Of a stretch of DNA of 64,000 nucleotides, positions 58,259 to 64,000 are shown one piece after another (positions within the stretch are counted from its first letter, which is position 1; the number at the start of each line of letters is the position of its first letter). Made by a program: the position numbers and the translations under genes. Under the pieces are notes generated by a model. The model did not search any database, had not been told where the DNA came from, and saw nothing but the letters and a program-made list of their open reading frames with translations. This DNA is from Candidatus Velesiimonas alkalicola. GTDB lineage: Bacteria; Omnitrophota; Gorgyraeia; Velesiimonadales; Velesiimonadaceae. The stretch spans positions 2,060 through 66,059 of the forward strand of contig NDHX01000006.1 in the NCBI GenBank assembly GCA_013626165.1, given 5' to 3'.

Positions 58259-59194
58259 TTATTCCATTGCGTTCAAAACTTCTTCTCTTTCCGTCTTTGA
58301 CAGCGACAAACTTGTTTGTATTTCGTCAACAATTTTTGTGCCTTCATCAGAAAGAGCAAACTTAATGAACTCTTTTACTAATCCTTTTGGTTTACCTTTG
58401 ACAAAGAAATAATTTTTTCTTGTCACCGGGTATCTACCTGCACGGATTGCTTTGATTGCGGTTTCACGGTCGTTGTAAATTTCATCCGGGTCAGCGAGAC
58501 CATTTTCATTGGAATCAATTGGAACTAACTTCACACCTTTTACTACTGTCCCTTCCCTTGTAAAGACAAAACTAAAGTTAGAATATCCAATCCCAATTGG
58601 GTCTCTTCTAGATGCTTCAAGTAATCCTGGGTCACCAAATATACCCACACCACGCAAATCTTCTTGCTTCTTACCTAAGTATGCTGCCCAAGTTGCTGCC
58701 GCACCGCAAGAATCAGAGCGGGTATAGACATGGATTGGTCTACCTACCTTCCGTCCAACTACTTCATCCCAAGTAGTAATTATGCCGCTGATATAAATGT
58801 CAATCCAGGTCTGTCTCTTTACACCTTTTTTTAGAAGGTCTTGCAGTACTGGATTTTTATCACTTATCGTTGGATATACTGCATCATGCAAAATGTAAAT
58901 TGGCACTATCCCTTTCTTAATCTCTGCCGGGTCAGGGTCACGAGAGACCATTCCGATATCAACTAATCCGGCAATCGCATCTGCCGCGCCTTTTCCGGCG
59001 CCGCCGGCAGAGACATCAATTCTCACACCGGGGTGTTTTTTCCGGAATGCTTCCGCCCAAGCAACCGCAGTCGGATAAATTGCCCAGGCTCCCGATAACG
59101 TTACCGTTCCTTTGAGTTCTTTTTCCTGACTAAACCCAATTTTTCCGCTTAACAACAAAACAACTATTAATAAAATATTTATCATTTTAGTCAT
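58259..59194 (-). CDS. pstS: Periplasmic phosphate-binding protein (PBP-fold)
   Basis: 311 aa with a signal peptide and a type-2 PBP pattern of the PstS family (SGAWAIYP...SAGGAGKG). Confidence 0.6.
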   Translation of the reverse strand: MTKMINILLIVVLLLSGKIGFSQEKELKGTVTLSGAWAIYPTAVAWAEAFRKKHPGVRIDVSAGGAGKGAADAIAGLVDIGMVSRDPDPAEIKKGIVPIYILHDAVYPTISDKNPVLQDLLKKGVKRQTWIDIYISGIITTWDEVVGRKVGRPIHVYTRSDSCGAAATWAAYLGKKQEDLRGVGIFGDPGLLEASRRDPIGIGYSNFSFVFTREGTVVKGVKLVPIDSNENGLADPDEIYNDRETAIKAIRAGRYPVTRKNYFFVKGKPKGLVKEFIKFALSDEGTKIVDEIQTSLSLSKTEREEVLNAME

Positions 59195-59307
59195 CTGATT
59201 TCCCTCCGTTTTTTATTTTTCCGATCATCTGCTCATCAATTTTACTATTTTGTTTTATTTCCATATTCTTAAATATTATATTTTGTGATTTTTGGTTTCT
59301 CTACCAC

Positions 59308-60036
59308 TCAAATCCCATCTCCATCTACATTTTTCAAAGGCCGCGTATGGATTCCGCATTCGCCGCCGCATTTGCTTGTGCCAACCCAGCGTCCGGCACG
59401 CTCATTTTCGTCGGTGGTAATTTGCGTGCAGGTAAAACAATCAAGAGAGCGGTAGCCTTCTTGATAAATCGGATTTACCCGCACAGAATATACTGCCAGA
59501 TATTGCCAGACCTCCCGTTCTTTCCAGATTAAAATCGGATTTAATTTAAGCAACCCTTTATCGCGCTCCTCTACCTCTTTATAATCGGTACGGGTGCGGC
59601 CTTCGGTGCAACGTAAACCCGTTACCCAGCAGGTCGCCTCCATCTCTCTAATTGCGCGACTGGTCGGCTCTACCTTTAATAAATCGCAGCATCGGTTTGG
59701 ATCTGTCCGATACAGCCCTTCGGGAATATCCGCATCATTCTTATAGATTTTTAGTTCCGGATATCTTTCAACCTCCTGGAACATAAATTCAATGGTCTCT
59801 TTGTGTTGGAATCTGGTGGTGACAATAAACCCTCTTATTTTGGGGCTGACACGCTTGGCTAGATCCCATACCGCCACTGAATCTTTACCCAGGCTGTTGG
59901 CCACAACCAATCCGTCACCGTAAACTTTTAATGCTTCGGAGATGAGTTCAATTGACCTGTCCACTTTCTGCTTGAAACTCAATGTTTCCACCAACACCTT
60001 CACATCAGCAGTTTTTGCCTTTTCTAACAATCCCAT
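59308..60036 (-). CDS. cysH: Phosphoadenosine-phosphosulfate/adenylyl-sulfate reductase (thioredoxin-dependent)
   Basis: 242-aa PAPS_reduct fold (SLGKDS) with a C-terminal KCGGECGIH, equivalent to the ECGLH catalytic Cys motif. Confidence 0.75.
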   Translation of the reverse strand: MGLLEKAKTADVKVLVETLSFKQKVDRSIELISEALKVYGDGLVVANSLGKDSVAVWDLAKRVSPKIRGFIVTTRFQHKETIEFMFQEVERYPELKIYKNDADIPEGLYRTDPNRCCDLLKVEPTSRAIREMEATCWVTGLRCTEGRTRTDYKEVEERDKGLLKLNPILIWKEREVWQYLAVYSVRVNPIYQEGYRSLDCFTCTQITTDENERAGRWVGTSKCGGECGIHTRPLKNVDGDGI

Positions 60037-60099
60037 TTTAACTTCCTCCTTTTTTGATTATTTTGTCTATTATATTAGTAGACAAATATGGTAAAAAAA

Positions 60100-60408
60100 T
60101 TACGACAGCGCCTTTGCCAAATCATCTTTTAAGTCAATTTTATTTTCAATGCCGACGGATAGACGGATAAGATTTTCTTTTATCCCCCGTTTTGACCTCT
60201 CTTCTGCAGATAGAGAACTGTGAGTCATTTTTGTAGGATAACAGGCGAGCGATTCAACCCCGCCCAGCGACTCCGCCAGCAGGAACAATTTTAATTTTGA
60301 TACGAATTTTTCAACGGCGGGAAAGCCGCCTTTTATCTCAAAACTTATCATCCCTCCGAAACCGCTCATCTGTTTTTTTGCAAGATTATATTGTTTACTA
60401 CCCGGCAA
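60100..60408 (-). pseudogene. C-terminal ~100-aa remnant of a Cys/Met-metabolism PLP enzyme (cystathionine gamma-synthase/lyase family)
   Basis: 102 aa matching only the C-terminal domain (GFGGMISFEIKGG...LAESLGGVESL...HPATM-like). Its AT-rich codon usage is like the host. It lies 30 bp downstream of a complete GC-rich homologue. Confidence 0.7.
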
Positions 60409-60438
60409 TCCCGGATAATAGACTCGTTGTCGGGCTGA

Positions 60439-61578
60439 CTAACCTTCAGTTTTTGCCAGCGCCTGCTCCAAATCCTCGATTATATCCTCGATATTCTCCA
60501 ATCCCACGGAGAGTCTCACCAGGTTATCGAAGATACCCACCTTCTCCCGGAACTCCTTCGGCATCGAGGCATGGCTCATGGTAGCCGGGTGCTCTACGAG
60601 GGAATTAGCGCCGCCAAGGGACTCCGCTAGAATGAATAGCTCGACACCTCTCAAGAACGAGTTAACCTCGCCATTTATCTCGAAGGACACCATCCCGCCG
60701 AAACCGTCCATCTGCCGGGCGGCGATCTCATGACCCGGATGAGACTTCAGTCCGGGATAGAATACCCTGCTTACCCGGGGGTGTTTCTCCAGAAATGAGG
60801 CGACCGCGGCAGCAGACATCGCATGCTGCTTAACCCTCAAAGGCAGGGTCTTGATCCCGCGAAGCACCAGCCAGCAGTCAAAGGGTGAGGCACAGGTGCC
60901 CAGAGCATTCAAGAGAAATTGCACCTTTTGGGTTAGATCATCGGTAGCGGTCACTATCGCCCCACCGACAACATCGCAGTGGCCGTTGAGATACTTGGTA
61001 GTAGAATGCACCACCAAATCAACGCCATACTCAATTGGCCGCAGGAAACAGGGCGTGGGAAAGGTATTATCCGCCATGGTCAACAGATTATGCTTTCGGG
61101 CAATATCTACCACCATCTCTACATCCGTGATATTTAGCAGCGGATTGGAGGGGGTCTCGATCCATATCATCCTGGTATTGGGCCTTATGGCATCCTCGAT
61201 CTCCCGTCTGTTATTCAGACGTAGGAAGGTAAACTCCAATCCGAAGTTGGTCATCACATCTTGAAACAGACGGTAGGTTCCGCCGTAGATGTCATCTCCG
61301 GAGATCACATGGTCTCCGGCCTTCAGCAAATATATTGCGGTGGCTTCGGCAGCCATGCCGGTGGCAAAGGCAAATCCCGCCTTTCCGCCCTCGAGCCTGG
61401 CGATGGTCTCCTCCAACACCTTCCTGGTGGGGTTGGAGGTGCGAGAATAGTCGTAGCCCCTGGTCTTGCCCACATCCTCAAAGGCAAAGGTGGAGGTCTG
61501 ATAGATCGGTGTGATTAATGCGCCGGTGGTGGGATCGGGCTTTTCGCTGCCATGAATCGCTAATGTTTCGAATCTCAT
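60439..61578 (-). CDS. Cystathionine gamma-lyase/gamma-synthase / O-acetylhomoserine sulfhydrylase family PLP enzyme
   Basis: 379 aa, full-length Cys_Met_Meta_PP pattern, ~55% GC. Confidence 0.85.
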   Translation of the reverse strand: MRFETLAIHGSEKPDPTTGALITPIYQTSTFAFEDVGKTRGYDYSRTSNPTRKVLEETIARLEGGKAGFAFATGMAAEATAIYLLKAGDHVISGDDIYGGTYRLFQDVMTNFGLEFTFLRLNNRREIEDAIRPNTRMIWIETPSNPLLNITDVEMVVDIARKHNLLTMADNTFPTPCFLRPIEYGVDLVVHSTTKYLNGHCDVVGGAIVTATDDLTQKVQFLLNALGTCASPFDCWLVLRGIKTLPLRVKQHAMSAAAVASFLEKHPRVSRVFYPGLKSHPGHEIAARQMDGFGGMVSFEINGEVNSFLRGVELFILAESLGGANSLVEHPATMSHASMPKEFREKVGIFDNLVRLSVGLENIEDIIEDLEQALAKTEG

Positions 61579-61720
61579 ATTTCTTCTCCTTCCTTTTCTC
61601 TTTGCAGGGGGGCTTCTCTATCCCCACTGAAGCCTCCAACATCTCCGGTCGCCTTTCGAGCCTGTCCTGATACTCATCAGCACCGGTCCGATCGCCTCAG
61701 CCGTGGGATCGGGTAGCCTT

Positions 61721-62737
61721 TCATGCAGTTGCTTCCGAATCGAAAGAGAATAACGGAGTGGACACATATCTCTCACCCGAGTCAGGGAAGACAACGACAA
61801 TGAGTTTCCCCTTGTTTTGCGGCCTTTTCGCCACCTGTAAAGCTGCCCACATGGCTGCCCCCGAAGATATGCCACAGAGTATCCCTTCTTCTTTAGCCAC
61901 TCTTCTGGCTGTAGTGAAGGCATCTTCATTTGTTACAGTGATGACCTCATCAAGAATTTTGCGATTTAGCACCTTCGGCACAAAACCAGCGCCAATCCCC
62001 TGTATACGATGCGGTCCTGGTCTACCTCCGGAAAGCACCGGAGATGCTTCTGGTTCCACCCCGATTGCTTGAAAAGAAGGCTTGCGCTTCTTAATTACCT
62101 CCGATACCCCGGTAACCGTCCCTCCTGTACCGATACCTGCAACCAGGATATCCACTCTACCACCGGTATCCTCCCAGATTTCCTCCGCCGTGGTTAGACG
62201 ATGGACATGTGGATTAGCCAGATTTTCAAACTGCTGGGGGACAAAGCTGCCCCGGATCTGGCGATGCAGCTCCTCTGCCTTGCTAATAGCGCCCTTCATC
62301 CCCTCTGAACCTGGTGTAAGTACAACCTCAGCCCCTAATATCTGCAGAATCTTCCGGCGCTCTATCGACATCGTCTCGGGCATAGTTAAAACCAGGCGAT
62401 ATCCCATGGCGGCGCAGGCAAGAGCCAACCCAATCCCGGTGTTCCCGGAGGTAGGCTCTATAATCACCATCCCCGGCTTAAGCAACCCCACTCTCTCTGC
62501 TGCCTCGAGCATGGCTGCGCCGATTCTATCCTTCACGCTGTTTAAGGGATTAAACGACTCCAGCTTGGCTACTACCTCGGCTCCGCAATCGCGTGTCAGC
62601 CGATTTATCCTGACAAGAGGAGTGCAGCCAATTACCCGGGTTATATCCTGGTAAATCTTACCTCGAAAATTCTTCTCCCGAATCGGAACTTCATCCGGAG
62701 ATTCAATTTGATTTATGTTCATCCATCTTCTCCTCAA
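61721..62737 (-). CDS. cysK: Cysteine synthase (O-acetylserine sulfhydrylase)
   Basis: 338 aa with SVKDR PLP-lysine and TSGNTG motifs. GC-rich. Confidence 0.85.
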   Translation of the reverse strand: MRRRWMNINQIESPDEVPIREKNFRGKIYQDITRVIGCTPLVRINRLTRDCGAEVVAKLESFNPLNSVKDRIGAAMLEAAERVGLLKPGMVIIEPTSGNTGIGLALACAAMGYRLVLTMPETMSIERRKILQILGAEVVLTPGSEGMKGAISKAEELHRQIRGSFVPQQFENLANPHVHRLTTAEEIWEDTGGRVDILVAGIGTGGTVTGVSEVIKKRKPSFQAIGVEPEASPVLSGGRPGPHRIQGIGAGFVPKVLNRKILDEVITVTNEDAFTTARRVAKEEGILCGISSGAAMWAALQVAKRPQNKGKLIVVVFPDSGERYVSTPLFSFDSEATA

Positions 62738-63613
62738 TTAAATAACATAATCTAAAGCCTCGCCAATAACATCGAAGCGATAAATCTGGAAAATACGGTT
62801 CTCCAACTCCACTAATTCTTTGTTGCCACGCATTCTCGGTCTGGGGACATCTACGGAAATGATATTGCGGACCGTACCCGGCTGAGGTGAAAATACGATT
62901 ATGCGGTCAGCAAGATATACCGCCTCCTCAATGTCATGAGTTACGAAAACGACAGTCTTTTGCATAATTTTCCAGATGTTTAAAAGATCATCCTGTAGTT
63001 TTTCCCGCGAAAGAGCATCAATTGCCGCAAAGGGCTCATCCATCAGGATAATCTTTGGTTCCACCGAAAGAGCCCTAGCCAGGGCAACACGCTGACGCAT
63101 TCCTCCTGAAAGTTGGGAGGGATATCTATTTTCAGCACCGCTCAAACCCACAAGGCTTAAGTACCTTCTAGCCAGTTGCTCCCTTTCCCCGCTCAATACA
63201 CCACGCAGTTTCAAGGTAAAAAGCACGTTTTCTAATGCGGTCATCCATGGATAAATACTATAATCCTGGAAAATCATAGCAATATCAAACTTCGGGGTGT
63301 CTCGAAACAGGTTATTGGCGATCGGTGACAGGAAGCGGTATTTCTTTTGATAAGCATCCATTTCCTTGCGTGTGTGAGGGAGTGGTTCTAATACCATCTT
63401 ATCCTGCATGTAGACCTGTCCCTCAGATGGGGCCTGTAACCCTGCCAGGATTTCCAGGAAAGTAGACTTGCCGCAACCGGTAGGACCAACGATAGCCACA
63501 AACTCGCCATCTTCGATTTTTAATGAGACGGATAAAACTGCAGTATTCCCCTCGGCTATTCCATTAGGGTTAATTACTGAAAAGAACTTGGTGATTTCCC
63601 TGGCTTCGATCAT
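62738..63613 (-). CDS. ABC transporter ATP-binding protein of the nitrate/sulfonate/taurine (NitT/TauT) type
   Basis: 291 aa with Walker A GPTGCGKST, signature LSGGMRQR and Walker B ILMDEPF. Confidence 0.8.
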   Translation of the reverse strand: MIEAREITKFFSVINPNGIAEGNTAVLSVSLKIEDGEFVAIVGPTGCGKSTFLEILAGLQAPSEGQVYMQDKMVLEPLPHTRKEMDAYQKKYRFLSPIANNLFRDTPKFDIAMIFQDYSIYPWMTALENVLFTLKLRGVLSGEREQLARRYLSLVGLSGAENRYPSQLSGGMRQRVALARALSVEPKIILMDEPFAAIDALSREKLQDDLLNIWKIMQKTVVFVTHDIEEAVYLADRIIVFSPQPGTVRNIISVDVPRPRMRGNKELVELENRIFQIYRFDVIGEALDYVI

Positions 63614-63619
63614 GGCTGA

Positions 63620-64000
63620 TTACCTCCCCGCCTTCCAGAAAGCGAGTTTAAGTTCAAGGTGCTTCATGATTTCAATGAGAAACCAGCCCATAAAACCCAG
63701 GGTAAGCATACAAACCACCATCCTGTCTATGCGAAAGAATTCCTTGGATTCCACCAAAAGCCAGCCAATGCCATTAGGGGCGCCGTACATCTCGGCTATT
63801 ACCAGCATCACCAGCCCCAGGGCTATGCCGATTTTAATCCCCATAATCACAGAGCCAAGCGCAGCAGGAACATAGACATGCTTAATCAAAGTAAATTCAC
63901 TGGCACCATAAACCCGCGCCGAGGCAATATACCTTGGCTCAGTATCTTTCACCGCCTGATAAGTGTTAAAAAGAATGGGATAAAAAGCACCCAGGAAAAC
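63620..64000 (-). CDS. ABC permease (SsuC/TauC-like), 5' end beyond the window
   Basis: C-terminal TM segments of a binding-protein-dependent permease. The reading frame stays open to position 64000. Confidence 0.7.
   Translation of the reverse strand, partial: VFLGAFYPILFNTYQAVKDTEPRYIASARVYGASEFTLIKHVYVPAALGSVIMGIKIGIALGLVMLVIAEMYGAPNGIGWLLVESKEFFRIDRMVVCMLTLGFMGWFLIEIMKHLELKLAFWKAGR

Noticed and set aside
60380-60460. GC-content jump interpreted as a chimeric metagenomic assembly join
   Set aside because: It cannot be excluded without reads. The native-type C-terminal fragment lies in tandem downstream of the GC-rich homologue rather than overlapping it, which fits an in-vivo displacement better than an assembler joining contigs at a shared sequence. 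It is kept as a finding with this caveat.
61618-61929. 103-aa ORF overlapping the 3' end of cysK
   Set aside because: It lies out of frame inside a well-conserved cysteine synthase gene and has no domain signal.

Overview
This is a low-GC (~35-40%) bacterial contig, probably from an anaerobe, with almost every gene on the minus strand. Four blocks are visible.

1. Core housekeeping. A partial tRNA-Asn at the window start, then serA plus a class V aminotransferase, clpP and tig. A minus-strand tRNA cluster follows (Gly-GCC, Leu-TAG, Lys-CTT) with tRNA-fragment scars. Then come smc, a homocitrate/isopropylmalate-synthase-like enzyme, an aspartate aminotransferase, a four-subunit 2-oxoacid:ferredoxin oxidoreductase operon (alpha-beta-gamma-delta) preceded by a ferredoxin-fused EtfA and a CdhB-like protein, a ROK kinase, a phosphohexomutase and miaB.

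2. Mobile and accessory DNA.
- An IS481-like insertion sequence with 14-bp terminal inverted repeats.
- A 134-bp direct-repeat pair bracketing a URO-D/MtaA-like gene and decayed sequence.
- A truncated DNA methyltransferase and an IS200-like/DnaA_C transposase remnant.
- A ~7.8-kb AT-rich island (30.05-38.02 kb). It is delimited by 167-bp direct repeats that duplicate the terminator, promoter and first 14 codons of miaB. It carries a frameshifted large serine recombinase, two HTH-nucleotidyltransferase/HEPN pairs, an overlapping TPR / PD-(D/E)xK-like / beta-CASP MBL nuclease operon, a duplicated GC-rich ~190-nt structured element inside ~450-bp inverted repeats, and a small MerR/Xis-like ORF.

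3. A sulfur and siroheme supercluster. It contains a NIL-domain protein, a MoeB-type E1, a MoaD-like carrier, a thrC pseudogene split by a 53-bp palindrome, a TusA-like protein, a small sulfite-reductase-like protein, a ThiS-CysK fusion, hemL, hemB, cobA-hemD, a truncated hemC and hemA. A TATAGAC-repeat-flanked four-helix-bundle gene and a JAMM protease follow.

4. pstCAB separated from pstS by an HME-RND efflux cluster. That cluster has a duplicated His/Cys-rich periplasmic adaptor and a second copy of the 53-bp palindrome. After it come cysH, then a GC-rich (~55%) block (met-type PLP enzyme, cysK, sulfonate/nitrate-type ABC transporter) that appears to have displaced a native PLP enzyme, leaving only its C-terminal fragment.

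The most promising candidates for an undescribed system are the island's TPR / PD-(D/E)xK-like / beta-CASP operon with its captured promoter and duplicated structured RNA, the ThiS-CysK/MoaD/E1/JAMM module, and the EtfA-ferredoxin / CdhB-like / 2-oxoacid:ferredoxin oxidoreductase cluster.
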